DNA of 64,000 bases from Rotaria socialis (GCA_905331295.1 CAJNYD010000047.1:124001-188000), one strand, 5' to 3'; shown: positions 1-14,231, counted from the stretch's first letter. The notes: generated by a model not told the origin, from the letters alone. Numbers and translations: made by a program.

Positions 1-3000
1 GACGAATATCGAACATAACCTTTCCATGAAAAATTTCCAAATTCATTTGTATCAAATTCATATCGAACTGGTGTTTGATATTTTTTTGTTAGACCATCTT
101 CAAGTTCATATTGTAAATGATGTAAACTAGGAAAGTAATGTCCCATGGCTGGTTGATTACAATCACGACCAACAATCGACGGACGACAAACACACTGACC
201 TGTTAGTTTATCACATATGCTATGCAGCGAACCACCAAGTGAACATCGACATGGTTCACAGCCAAATATATTATTACGTTTTAATGCATAATAACCATCA
301 GCACAAACATCACAACGTGTTGTCGAATTTAGAGTTGTTAGTTTACATGGACACTGACCTGTAACAGCATCACAAGTATTTAAATGACCTAGCGTACCTT
401 CATCCGAACAATCGCATGGTTCACATCCTAATTTAACAAAACAAAAAACATGTTTCTATTTTTTGTTGTTGAAGACAATAGAATTAATTTTACCAAGTGG
501 ATTACTGCCTTTCATATTCCAAAAACCTTCCTTACAACGATCACATTGTCGTCCTTCAACGTTTTGTTTACATAAACATAATACACCTGGAATATTATGT
601 CGACCACAACCAGGAAAATCATTTCGAACACCGGCTGGCACACATTTACATTCCTCACAATAAGGAAAGTTAAATAATCCTTTGAAAAAAAGAATTTTGA
701 ATGAAAGAAATCGAATTTTTTAAACAATATAAAGTTTTTACCCGCTGCACATTCTTGACATTTGGCACCAAAAAAGTTATTTTTACATACACATTGTCCT
801 GTGACTTGATCACAACTCAAACCTAATGATCCATGCATATCGCATGAACACGGAATACATTCCGGATAACGAAAATAACCTGTAAAACGTAAATTAAAAC
901 GTACGAACTAAACAAACTGAAAAATCAAAACGATTTCTTCGTTACCAGGTGCACACTGATTACATTGTCGTCCACCGAAATTCGGCTTACAATGGCATTG
1001 ACCACGTTGATCACATGCTAGAAAACAAAATTTTCAATATATCATTGCACTAATTATCACAATATATTCTCTTAGAATTTCTAAAACTATTTTAGCCAAC
1101 AGCTACGTGATCAATATGTAGACCACCGCTAGGATCCCATTTTTCCCAGATGAGGAGTATGTGGGGAAAATGAGACCCATTCATTCTAATAAATCTCATA
1201 AAAGCTTCCCGAGGACACTTAATATTTCTTTCAAATCATTTTTAGTTTATAAAAAACGAACCATCATAAACAACTCCGATTGAATCACAAGCGCATGGTT
1301 CACACAGTGGATGATTGAAAAACCCAGATGCACATTGTTCACATGTTTGTCCAGTAAAATTCGCTTTGCATATACAAAGACCTGTGTCTTTATTACATAT
1401 TTCGATTGTTGAGCCTAGTCATAATTTCGATAAAAAAAGTATATATATATATATATATTTATATGTATATTTCTCTATGTTTGCAGCTTTTTTCTAACCA
1501 TTATTATTGCAAACACATGGTAAACATCCAGGATACCCAAAGTGACCATTTTTACACGTATTACATGTTCGGTTTTGATAATTTAATCGGCATGGACATT
1601 GGCTTTAAACAAAAATATAAAATATAAAATCAATTGAACGTGTGAAACAAGAGAAACTCGAAATTGTTTTTATCTCCGATGACTCACCCAGTTTCAGCAT
1701 CGCAAATATTTCCATCACTACCAGCTCGTTCACATTCACATGGAATACAGCCAGCTTTAAAATTATAATAACCAGGTGCACAACGATCACAATAATCGCC
1801 TTCGAAATTCATTTTACATACACATCGACCAGAATCAGGTAAACACTTATTATCAGCTGTTCCATTAACAGAACATAAACATGGTTTACATCCAGCAGCA
1901 TAATCAAAATATCCAACAGCACATTCGTCACATGCTAAACCAGTAAATTGTGGTTTACATTCACATGTTCCTGTACCTTCAGCACAAGCACCAGTGGAAA
2001 CTTTCAGATCACATTTACATTGTTGACACATATCAGTATCGCTAACTTTACGTGTAAAATTTCGAAAATATCCTCGTACACATCGTTCACAATTGATGCC
2101 CTCTGTATTGTCTTCACAATTAATACAACGTCCACCGCCTTCATATTTTCCGTGTATATCAATACTTAATCTTTCTTTTTCGACTTTTTCATCATAAACA
2201 CATTCACTTGAATGACCATAACATTGGCAGGGTTCACATTCGAATGCGCCAGTATCTGAATCACGAGATTGACGCCATTTCTTTTGCAAGAATGGCTCGC
2301 AGCATTCTTGACAGTAATCTCCACATGTATTGTGACGGCAACGACAAACCATTTTATTAGGATCTTTTGCATGAGGCTTATCGCATGATTCGGCATGACC
2401 TAGAACAATCATATTCGATAATAATTATTTTTTTCATTAGTCGACTCTTCTTCGTTTGCCTCTGTTTTCACGAAATATTCAATTGGTAGAGATGGAAATA
2501 ACGTAATGGGCAATTTGAAATAGTTGATCTACTTTTATTTCGTATAATTAATTAATTAATTTTTTTTTGAAGCATCATCTTATACTGTGGAATCTGAGAA
2601 GCCCACTTTTCAATGAATATTAACCTTTTAAATGAAGAAAAATTTAACTCTTGAAAAAATCTTTAAAAGAAACTAGAAGTGTGTCATCAAGGAAGTAGTT
2701 TTTGTATGAGAACAAAGATTCGAATATTAAAAAAAAAACGAAGAGTATTGATAATCAATATAGTTACAGTCAGGGTTGCCACCTCTTCCGCCTTTTGCGG
2801 AAAGTTTCCGCTTTGTCGTATAAGACGTGTTACATATCAAGCATGCGTACAGAATAATATTTGATATTATTGAATTAATTCTTATATTGTTTACAAATAC
2901 TGTGAGTCATCATTCTTTTATTTTTGAAACTTTAATGAAATAAAAAGAAATCAAATAAATATGAAAAGTGCCTAATATTCTCAGAAGCATTACAAATCTG

Positions 3001-5891
3001 CAACTAGAGGTGTCAGCCGTACGGCTGAGCGCCACGACCACCAAATTACTGATAATTTTAAGAATTTTGGGGGAGCCGCCGCTACGAAAAAACAAGTTTA
3101 GCCGTTGCGCCGCTGAAGACATTACTCATTCAAATAATGAGCCGCTGGAAATTTTCAAAAATTGAAAATTGTTGCCCGCCGTCACCGTTCAATCCTTCGG
3201 CTGACACCTCTATCTGCAACAATATAAGCTTCCGCTTTTTCTGTTTTTCTTTCCGCTATTTTCTGCTTTTCCGACTTTATCAGGTGGCAACCCTGGTTAC
3301 AGTGTATACATTCTCGTAGAGAATCTACAGTAGTAAATTGACGGACCGAGGCGCTCAACCTATTGATCCGGAAGAAGTTCTCACACAAAAGAAATATAAA
3401 GGTCATGAAAGCTCACATGCCGAACTCTTTTCACATGAAATACTATTAGTTGTAATTGATTTAACGAGCACTGCCCGTCGAGTCGATAATGGCTGAATAA
3501 TGGAAAAATGACTCATTGTTTTCCATTATTTCAAAAAAAAATGAATCAATGCATTATAATTAATTATTTTTTGACTTTTCAATGCATTTCAAAGTATTAT
3601 TTAGAGTAAGGCTTTTAAATTAGAAAATTCACTATATTCGTACAAGAAATATTGAAAAATTGATTTGGCAGGTAGATGTTTGATGCACCACAGCTTTCTG
3701 TGTATCAAGCGGTTTTCAACAAGAGTCGCGCAAGTTAAAGATCTAATAAAAAATGTAACCAGGTTTAGATCGCTCAGAGTATTTTTCCAATCCCTTTTCC
3801 CCGATAATCGAAAACCTACACTATTGAAAACTTGACTCAAAATCTGATGAGGTATATCAGATTATCCTTTCAGTTTCCGAAACATTTCTCCGGGCAAGCC
3901 AAAGAGTTTCCAAGTTTACTCAATCGCTAAAATGTGCACTAACAACCCGAAATCCGACCTCCAGTTTCTATTTGATACAACGAAATACTACTAGAGTTTT
4001 GGACGCTTTTAGAGTATTCTGTCGAATGAAAGATATCACAGTCATTAAGCTTTTCAAAAGAAATTTTCATTCTTCGTCATTGCTCAGTTTCTGATGTATC
4101 TAGTGAACTAAAGTTGTTCACAGTATCAAGTATAACAGATTAGATCATGAATCGTTTTGTTTTTCAAATCTGAAACTATTTTAATACTATTGAAACAGCC
4201 TTATGTCATATATACGTTCTTCAACTGTTTTCGCTTTCAACGTCAATTCGACATGATCCAAGTGGTAAGTTTGAATTCAATAATAATAATAATTATTTAT
4301 TGATTGTCTTTTGTTTTAGATTCTTATCGATATGGTCAAAATGGTACGTTATGGAATAGATATAAATAGTTAATAGATTAAGGTTAAGGAGTTAAGCTAA
4401 ATTAAAGAAATAGATTAAGATTAAGGGATAGCTATAGATAAGTTAATAGATTAAGGTTAAGAGGATAGATGTGCAGAACCACAGAGACACAATTATGGTA
4501 ATTGAGATACTGATTTAATAGGATTTTACAGATCTTATGTAGCAAGTGCCGAATAAGAATTTTTCAATGCACTATAAATAATAATGTATACAATTACATG
4601 GTAACCCAACCTATTTCATGAAGTATAATGCATTATTCATTCTAAAAACAAATGCATTAAATAGACTGCATTATCATGCAATTGCATACATTACATTGCT
4701 ATTGTAAAATAATGCATTGCAATGTCCAGTATTTCCTAAAATCGGCTACAGGGGTGATTCCTTTAAGGATTATTCATTTAATTGAATTTTTTTTTTATAA
4801 GAAAGATCATTTCCTTACGAACTGTCATGCGAATAAAACGAGTGAACCAAATCGATAAAATAATAGATTAATATCCTAAAACTAAATTTCAATAAACTAA
4901 CCATTGCATTGGCAATGTCCACCAATACCAATATCTCTAATGGAATAGAAATATCGTCGTGTAACTGATTTGTCATGGCTGTCATGAATAATTGAATGTG
5001 AATGTAATGTCGTTGGTCGAAGTAATCTCAAACGAACATTCGTGGCACGTGTCCATTGTTGTAATGTATCACTATTGGAGAAATTTTTTATATTTGGTCT
5101 ATCATTAATTAATGATACCACCATTTCTCCTCTAAAAAGTAGCAAATAATTTTATTTTCAGTTCTGTCCATCCATCAACAAAATAAAGAAAAATAATTAC
5201 CCTTCTAATGGAATTCTACTAGCATATTTTGTTTCACAAACAACATCATCGTCTCGTACAAATGAATGATTGTAGAATGGCTCAAGTCCAAAAATTGAGC
5301 GGCATTCAACATCACTAGCAAAATAATACCATGTGGAAAATGTTTTTCCATAATCAGTTGATCGTTCCAATGACCAGACAGCCGGTCGAGGTGAATTAGC
5401 CATACGAATATAAATATAAGCTATGTGATATTCTTGACCAAGATTTATTGTTACATTTACTTTCTGATATTCATTACCTCGTGATAAGGGTGGGGACTAG
5501 AAACAAAAAATCGAGACAATTTTTTTGACGGTTCATCTTTTTCAATTTTTACTACCTGCCACCATCGATCTGTTCCATCTATAGTATAATTAACAATATG
5601 TTTTTTATCGGATACACTATGATCACAATGATCACAGTATTGGCCATAGATTAAATTTGAATCTTTGTAGTCTTTTTCATAAGGCGATGAACCAGTTAAT
5701 TTACAATACAATTCCTTTTTGTGTTTAGTTTTATTCGCATTGTCTTTGTCAATAAATTCACCGCATGTTGATGTAGCTGATACAGTTATATGTTTTTCAC
5801 GAGCAAGATTTAAATAAGGTGGCCTTAAATTCTCACCAAACGCAATTGAAATAAGCCATCCCAGTAAGAGCAGAAGTTCGCGTACAGACAT
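1..5891 (-). CDS. Laminin subunit alpha (alpha-3/5, LanA type), 5' part; continues beyond the window start
   Basis: Signal peptide [21 protein letters not shown] domain ([54 protein letters not shown]) followed by many LE repeats and [16 protein letters not shown], typical of alpha-3/5. Exons include 5891-5556, 5496-5201, 5131-4902, 2399-1688, 1602-~1499, 1414-1262 and further small exons with GT-AG boundaries; 2.5 kb intron at 2400-4901. Confidence 0.95.
2771..3295. mobile_element. hAT-type MITE (outer) in laminin intron
   Basis: Perfect 14-bp TIR CAGGGTTGCCACCT (2771-2784 / 3282-3295). Perfect 8-bp TSD GTTACAGT (2763-2770 / 3296-3303). Subterminal TTCCGC motifs. Confidence 0.93.
3005..3212. 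mobile_element. hAT-type MITE (inner), nested in the previous MITE
   Basis: Perfect 15-bp TIR TAGAGGTGTCAGCCG (3005-3019 / 3198-3212). Perfect 8-bp TSD TCTGCAAC (2997-3004 / 3213-3220). Confidence 0.93.
4367..4468. repeat. Short degenerate tandem repeat (AGTTAATAGATTAAGGTTAAG-like)
   Basis: Two near-identical 21-mers plus degenerate TTAAG units in the laminin intron. Confidence 0.55.
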
Positions 5892-6434
5892 TGTTCAATC
5901 ACACAACTGAACGTTAATGTCTATGCCTATACAATAACACGTATATAAAACGAGAAGACAAAAAAACCTCAATGACCCGTATATATCCCTATGCGTCAAT
6001 CGTATACTGACCAACATAAAAAAGAAAAAAAAAGAACGATGTTGGTTGTTAGTAAGAGAATATGAACGTGGCTGCGCTTCACTTATCGCGTTGAGAAAGA
6101 GAACCATATGCACATATACGTATACTGTGTCTCAAAGATTGTTGTACCTCGCTTTTTTTCTCTTTCGTATTTACGATAACACTAGACTCAAAAAGAGAAT
6201 GAACATATATTTGATTCAATCGCATGACCGATATATATATATGTATACGTACAATGATGCAACAGTCGGTTGTGATATCACCATTCTTTTTTTTTTATTA
6301 AACATTTAAATATTTAAGCTTTCAACAAGACAAAAAGAGACATCGTACAAATAGATAATATATACACAGTTTTACAGATGAAAAACGAGAAAAAAGCCAA
6401 ACTTAAATGTTTTCTAGACGTCATCGACGTTTTT

Positions 6435-7976
6435 TCAAACAGCAAAAGTAACAGTAGCATTTCCTTGTTTTGTGTTATATAAAAGCGCTGCAGATATGGT
6501 TGATTCTTTTACATGCGGGTTTTCTTTTCGAATTCGAGTTGATACAAATGTTGCTGATTCTTTTCGAGCAGTTGGCGTTGCTACCGTAAAAAAGCAAGAA
6601 TAAAGTGCATAAAATTCGCGTCGAAAACTGTGATTAATATAATTATAAATCACTGGATTGAACCATGCAGATATCGATGATATTAAATAGCTGGGTATCA
6701 GTAGAAATCCATAGGCAAAATTTGCTCCATCGCGCGTATATAAAACTTCTTCATTATGTTCTAAATACATTTGAACAATTGTTAGTGGTAACCATGATAT
6801 AGTAAAAAGAGCAGCAATACATATGAGTAATTTTCTACTTCGAATAAAACGTCTTCGTGTATGTGATTGACTTTGTAAATATTGTTGTGGATCTGTTATG
6901 TGTAGAGAACTTCGTTCATGATATTTTTCACGACATTGAGATGCACGACGAAAACGAGAAAAACAATGACTAGATTTTCCATCGTTTGAAACTGCCGATT
7001 GTTGAGTATCATTTGAACTTACGAATTCGCGTTCTTCCGCTGGATTTGGTGAATTTGTTTTAATAATATTACGTGGAGTTGCTCCATGATTGTGCGTTTC
7101 ATAGGCACACATTTGTTGCATGCGCTTCTTAAGAAAACGACCTATGGAATAGCAACTTACAGATACGAAAAAAAATGGAACTAAATATTGTACGATAATA
7201 ACAAAATAAGAAAACAATCGCATGTGTAAACCGGGTTCTAATACACAATAGAAAATTCTCTGCGTTGGACATGGATGTTGCATTCCATAATAATTATTTG
7301 ATATATTTTGAGTATCATTTATGTTCGATGATACTGATGAATCATTATTGAATCTATATGAAACCATCGTTGGCAGAACGAATTCTTGTAGTTCTCGAGA
7401 GAAAAATTCCGGTAATGCAATAAATATTGATACACACCAAAGTAAAATCAATGTTAAAATTGTACAATTACGATGGAATTTTTGTTTGTTAACAATGAAA
7501 AACCAACGCTCAACAGCTATGACGGTCACAGTAAATGTCGATACAAGAGCTGTTAATGTTGGAGTAAAATTAACTAGTTTACAGAGAAATACGCCGAATA
7601 TCCAATGTTCAAGTAAAGCAGCAGATAATGTCATCGGTATTGAAACACATAAAACAATTAAATCGTTGAGGCCTGGGAAGAGAGAGAAACAACATAATTA
7701 GCAGTATTGAGTGTCAACAAAAACTTTGCACTCACAAAGATTCATTAAAAATGTATTCGTAATTGAACGCAATTTTCTTTGTTGAAAAAATACAAGACAT
7801 ACACTTATGTTACCAAATACTCCGAAACAAAATGGTAGGAAATAAATAATATATATGGCTACTGAAGTACCAAGAGAAAAACGAAGTTTAGCTGTTGATA
7901 TACTTGATGGACCATATCGATAATGGTCATCATCATTAAAACAAGAATGGCCAGGATTTGTTAGATTTAAATCCAT
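6435..7976 (-). CDS. Rhodopsin-family (class A) neuropeptide receptor, NPY/NPF-receptor-like
   Basis: Two coding exons, 7976-7736 and 7672-6435, join in frame (NLC-LND). GN in TM1, RSITNTFLMNLCLND in TM2, HWIFGVFLCK, AVERW (DRY-equivalent), FTISWLP in TM6, NPVIY in TM7; long ICL3. Confidence 0.92.
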
Positions 7977-10900
7977 GTGTTACATCCAATTAGATAATTT
8001 AAATCTAAAGAGAATGGAAGAAGGCATGTAACGCTAATGTAAACTTCACTGTTTTTGCAATAACTCATCATTAAATTCTCTTTATATATATATATATAAA
8101 TACTAACTTGTTCATTGTGTCTTGATTAAAAGGTGAAGACGAAATTAGTTTTGTTTGCTTTTAAACATTTTTCAGTCGAACGAAGATCTTGAATTTACAT
8201 ACGCACTCTTAGTATTCGATACAACAAAAAAGCAATTATAATGATTTTTATTTATTTACATTTTTTGATTGATATGATAAAAAAGAATTAATAATAAATC
8301 TCAAGTCAGAAGAAGCACAAAAAAGGACTTCATTCTTACTAGTTCTTTTCATTTTTAGGCTAATTTCAATTTAAAAAATTTCTTTAGAATTCGTAATTAG
8401 AGAATCGTATCATAGAATTCTCTTTTTCTCGCTAAACATTGTTCTCTAATTTAGCACATTACGTATTTATCATGAGCAACTTCAAAAAAGAAACCTCTCC
8501 GTTTTTAAATTTGTAGTCTTGCAATCTTTTCATTAATGAATGATTATTCAAGGCTAAGTGAATTCGACATTCTTATATTCAAAAGAAATCTTTGTTTTTC
8601 TCTCTCAAAATTTTAACAATTATCAATTAGCATTAAGTTTTTTTTTCTTACAGCATGCTTATACTGTGATTCAAAGCATATGGAATTTCAAAACTTAAAC
8701 TTACTTAAAATACGCTGCAAGTGTTCATTTCTTTTGACAGTCAATAATGCTAATCATACAAAAACTAAAATAGACGAGTCGCGTGATACTCAACAACATT
8801 GTATTAAGTGCTTATCTAATTTCATTTCGCCTAACAACAATAGGATCTAGTAGGTTGTACTATCATGTTTATTCTATAGAAATAGGAAGGGAAAAAAGTA
8901 GTTTCCGTTTTCTTTCTCTTATTTAGAATAAACATCTAGATGAATAATGCATAATGAAATCTTATTTACTCACAATAGAAAGCTTCTAGGATAACTCAGT
9001 TTCTTGATTATTCACATCATCGAAATCATTACTCATAGTCAATAGCAGATGCACTCTATAATGATGTTAATGTACTGACTTTCTTTGTTATATTTTTTCT
9101 TTTGTTCGTCCAAAAACGTAAAGAACATCTATTCTGTCAAGAAATAGGATCAGAGTTAACAAAACGAGACAACTACTCCTATGCTCAATTCTTAGTTGTC
9201 AACTGATGTCAATCAAGAATACGGAATCAAACAATATTAACAAAAACTGAAACATCCGATATGTTTACATCCGATCAGGGATGATAAATCTATCATCAGA
9301 GGACGATAATTCCTGTTTCTATTCGTTGTTGCGTAAAAAGAGCTTTCAGTTGTCTTTTTTTTGTTCTGTCTAAATAATCAAAACTTTGCAAAACCAAGCA
9401 TGTTCATTAATGTTTTTGCCAATTACTGAGAAGACAAAACATTCGGCCAAGAAAAGTTTTGGCAAAAGATAAAAACAAAGAAATAAAAGAGAGAAAATGC
9501 ACATCTTACTATTGTTTATTGAAGAAAACATGTAAATTCAATGAAAGAACAATAGCGATGGGGATGCTCATTGCAGAAAAATATGTTTTAAAGTGACATT
9601 GTACACCTTATTGACTCATCGAAGCCGTTTTTTTGCTGAAAAGAATATTATTTCAGCTAGCAATCTTGAAATTCATCACTGTCTAGATTATCTACATATC
9701 CAACATGAAGAAAAAAGATTCTCTATTGACGCGTTCTTTCGATTTTTCTCTTGTTTGTCGATTTATCGTTTTCTTTTTACTAAAATAGGTCTACTCTAGA
9801 TATTAGAAATATTTAAAGTACAATATTCTTCAATGTAATCCATACTCACAGCTTATTAATGTTTTCTGAACTATTCTATTTCGCTCCAGATAAGTCATAT
9901 TGATCGTAAATTGAGTTAGTAATTACTGTTTATTTGAAAACTAATCTAGTAGTATGAAATATATAATTAATATAATTGATCATGGCTAGACCTAACTTTT
10001 TTGCTTTTATTTATATATATGTAAAAATCTAGCTAAAAATCTAGTACTCGATGGAGTATCGAATTTTCAATATGATAAGAATTTATTTTAAATAAAACCT
10101 GGAGTTATCGTAGGTTGACTTTTGGGTTTTTACAATCATAAGTCAATTCCATAAAGGATAATTTTAAAATATGATTCGTGTCTAATTGTGGATTCACATA
10201 AATTAATGCGCGACACTAGAATTAATCAAAAAGTTTGTTTCAGAAACTTTCCCATATGAATATAGTACGAAAGAAAGAAGCCGAATATTTATTATAGGAG
10301 AACAAAGTTTACTCTACATGAACAAAAACCAGTGAGAACTATTATCAGTTTTGCAAAGATAGAATTTTTAAAGAATTCAAAAGTTCTGTTCTAAATAATT
10401 ACTACGATCTATATATGTAATTTTCTTTAGATCTTACAGACAAAAATAGTTCTCAATGATAAGAAAGTTTTTATAGCTTTAATGAAGTATTTTGATTGAG
10501 ATGCAACGAGTTCAGTGAAGGTTCATGCATATTTTTGGTCTCTAGGAAATAGTAAAGGATAACGCGGAAATGTCTCATGTTGTAGGAAATCATTTGTTCT
10601 ATTATCTTGTATAATCTATTCTCTGGAGATTCTCTCTCAATCAGACTCTAATAATCATATTCACTTATATTTTTGCCTTTTCACTTAAATCTGACCAAAA
10701 AAATAAATTGAAAACAAACCTTGCAGAATTCTTTTTTGGAACTTGCTTTATATACAAACTAGAGCGACGGTGAAAGAGCAGCGATGATATAGAAGAAGAA
10801 AAAAAACGTTTCTCTATCTCTCTTTATGTGGATTATTGCACGTTTGGCTAATCATTATTGAGAGAGAAGAACATCAATGAATAGAAGAAAAGCACAAAGC

Positions 10901-13774
10901 ATAAAATTTTAGTTGCTTTTTATTCTTTTTTCTTTCGGGCTATGAGAAATAATTGATTTTCTCATTTCAATAAGTAGAATCAACTTGATGACATTCTTTT
11001 TGTCATTATATATAAAGAGAAAATGAGTAACTACATAGAGTAAACATGACCCATGTCATAATTACGGAGCTTAGAATAATTTACGCCTTCTTCGCTTGAA
11101 TAAAAAATTAGAATAGATTTTAATCCAAATAAAACATTATGAAACTGCTTTAAAAAACAGAAAGACAATTAAACGATGATTGACTTTTGCGCATATAACC
11201 AATAGGAAGGGATTCATAACTGTTCGTTGTGAAAGTAAGAACAAAAAGAAACGTTCAAGTTGCCTTCTGCATCAAAACAAAAAAAGTCGAGTTGAGGCTA
11301 TTCATATTTTTTCGTTGGTTATCTACAACGTCAAAGTACGTTTGCATCCTTTGGGATTAACAGCTTCTTGAATCATCTTCTAAATACAAATAACTAAAAA
11401 CGAAACTTAGAATGATGAAAATAAAAGCTTCTTATTTAATTTATTCTTATGTTTTACACTACAAAAGAAGGATCTTGAAAGAGATAAAAAAAAAACTAGC
11501 ATGATTTAATTGACCATTCCAAGAGGTGCAATTTTCTTTTCTGTTAAATACTTAAACAGGAGTGCTCAGCCTAATATATTAGTTATTTAAAAGTTCTAAT
11601 TGCATTCAAATACAAAAATGATGCCTTGAACATAAAATAATTTTTATTATCAATGTTCTTTTACTACATATCAACTATGATGATGCTCAGAACGTTTGAA
11701 TATTAAATTATTTATGTGATGAATTGAACTATTAACATAGTAGAATTTTGTTTTCATGCCATCCATAGCCGAAATTGGGATATTTAGTGTATAATGAAGA
11801 TATATTTCATACAAATCGATAAATACGTGCTAGAAAAACATTTTGATAGCTGCTTCTTAATTTTGTCTGTAATGTACTTTAAGATAATTCTTGCTGCTAT
11901 TTACTATGCTTGCTTTCAAGAGAAGAGTACTTCAATAACAAAGCAAAATATGATTGAAGACAACGAGCAATGACAACAAGATAAATATCATTATTCATTT
12001 TTAAATCTTGTGTAGCCATCGTTTTTTATGTTTCAGGAGTAGTATTAATTTTATTTTCTATGAAAAGTAGTCAAATACCCCACTTTCACTTCATGCCTGT
12101 CTTAAATGTAGAAACGATGGTTATTCACAGTTTTACAATTTTCAACTTTTAGTCATTCGATGCTTTTAGCTACTTGCTAGAAGATATATATTATTGATGC
12201 TGTAGAATCATCTGCTCTGTGGTTGTACTCTGAAACCATTTTGAACATATGCGGAGTTGTTGTTTTTGTTTACAAGTTATTTTAAATGCAGTTTCAATTT
12301 TTATATTTGTTTTCGACAAGGCTAATACCGCACAGCATAACAATGCCATCTATTCTAGTTTAAACCTATTGACAATTAGCACGCTGATTAAATTCAATAG
12401 AGAAAATTTTCAATGAATAGTTTTGCTTATTTATGTATCATTTATTTTTATTTTTACATTGAATAAAATATGGCATAAACATATAATGAATTCATTGAAA
12501 GTTGAAAGTCGAACGAGATAAAATATTTTCTTTTGATGAATCAAAGGCATATTTTAAACAAGTTTATCACAATATCATTAGACGAGAAATAATAATTATT
12601 GAAGGACCAAAAGAAACAAAACATCCGCAAACACTTCATTACTTCATATTTTACGCTTCGAAATATTCTTATCAACGATGTAATTTTCCTGTGTCGTCAT
12701 TTCAACCCATTATTCACACATAATGGCGTTTCTTCATTTTTTCTCATAATAAGCTATTCATACAACCTTGTATAATTCATTTCTTTCTCATCTATTTGTT
12801 TTTACAAATATAATCTTCCTATGCTGTTTCAAACTCTCGTAGTACTGTATTATATTCTAGACGTGACACAAGTCGAACTAGGATGTAATGCTGAAAGTCT
12901 CTTCTACTGTGACAAGTGGAAACAATGAATCGTCATTTCATGATTAGTGAATCAGATGGCAAGAGAGAATTCAAGATAATAGCACGTTTCCTCAATAGAA
13001 TTACTATTAGAAGATGATAGACTCGATCAAAGTGACCTTTAGAAAAAATATGATCTATCTATTATGTAATTACATTGGAATCATTTAATAATTATCAAAA
13101 GAGTCTTAATTAAAATTGCAACACTTATAAATATTCTCATTGCTGCATTCACAATCCGTCGTTAATAAAAAAAGAAGAATATCCCCTAAGGGACAAATCG
13201 ATGAAAGTTAACTGTCGAAATGAAAATATGCATAGGAACCACACAAATGACTAACAGTCCTAAATCTTTATTAATAATGATTTGAACCGTCTTACGGGCG
13301 AGTCAACGAGTATGAAATCGTAGTACAGCAACTGTTGTATGGACCCATTGCGTTACTTTGATTATACAAACGACTCAATTATTAGCATTTTTCAGTGTGG
13401 GGTTCTTTTTCTTTAGTTTGTTTTGATCCCTAGCATCAAATAGAATTATTCTTATCTTTAATATTGTTTAAAAATAATTCCACCCTTTTATTATTTCCCT
13501 TTAGTTGACGTTTTTATTTCCTGGACTTTTGATCAATGTTTAATTGTTCAGAGAGCATCCATGACAGCACCGAGGAATCGAAGCACTCGATAAAATTTAT
13601 TTTTGAGTTTTTTATGCTCTTTCGAAAGATCAAGGTTTAAAACTACTGACTTGAAAATTTTAGCTTCTAATATCTTTCCTTCGAAAAGTTACTCAGAGGC
13701 GACTTTTACCACCCTCACAAATTTCCAATGAAAAAAATAGCAAAACATTTCTCCATCAAACAACCCCGTCTCAT

Positions 13775-14149
13775 TAGTGGCGGAACCAGGATTTCAGCCT
13801 AGAGGGAGCTCAGCTCTACCTTAATTATTCAAATTATACTTACGATAGTAAAAGTTTTTTTTTTGAAAACTGTCACGTTTGAGTCAGTTTTCTGAGTCCT
13901 AATATCTTACTCAATCAGTTCTTGCTCATATATTTATAAACATATATATTTATATCAACATATGGATGGGGATTCTATATTTAAATATATTTCATATCAC
14001 TCAATCACATTAACAAAATTCTACTATTTTTATGTTGCATGGCAAATACATCAATAACCTTTTCAAAATCTATGTCAAATTCTCTTTCAATAGCCAATAC
14101 ACTAAGATCACTAAGTCTTTCGTCACCTATAGAATTTCGAGCATAATTT
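13775..14149 (-). mobile_element. 3' end of a hAT transposon including the C-terminal dimerisation region of its transposase; cut off by N at 14150
   Basis: Minus strand ~14148-14005 reads NYARNSIGDERLSDLSVLAIEREFDIDFEKVIDVFAMQHKNSRILLM*, the hATC/ZMYM1-like pattern R-x-x-x-x-x-E-R-L-S-x-L-x-x-L-x-I-E. Terminus TAGTGGCGGAACCAGG starts exactly where the foldback left arm breaks off. Confidence 0.85.
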
Positions 14150-14150
14150 N

Positions 14151-14231
14151 AAGAAGCCTACGAATTTATTGAACTGTGTTTAAAGCCTGATCTTGAACAG
14201 CGTCGATCAGCTAGAGAATTACTTAGCCATC
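14151..14231 (+). repeat. 81-bp exact inverted duplicate of MAP3K4 exon sequence 15705-15785
   Basis: AAGAAGCCTACGAATTT...ACTTAGCCATC equals the reverse complement of 15705-15785; begins immediately after the single N. Confidence 0.9.

Noticed and set aside
1132..1178. Small imperfect inverted repeat in a laminin intron
   Set aside because: About 14 of 17 bp paired, no TSD; at most a MITE remnant.
3601..4100. 79-aa ORF with GF...WKN motif reminiscent of a hAT TTF zinc finger
   Set aside because: Neighbouring frames are full of stops and no Cys/His pattern was recoverable; insufficient support.
4367..4468. TTAAGG units as interstitial telomeric repeat
   Set aside because: Too short and degenerate; no regular hexamer array.
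7321..7701. Antisense ORFs over coding exons (also 24777-25040, 29877-30179, 1948-2169)
   Set aside because: Shadow ORFs on the opposite strand of well-supported genes.
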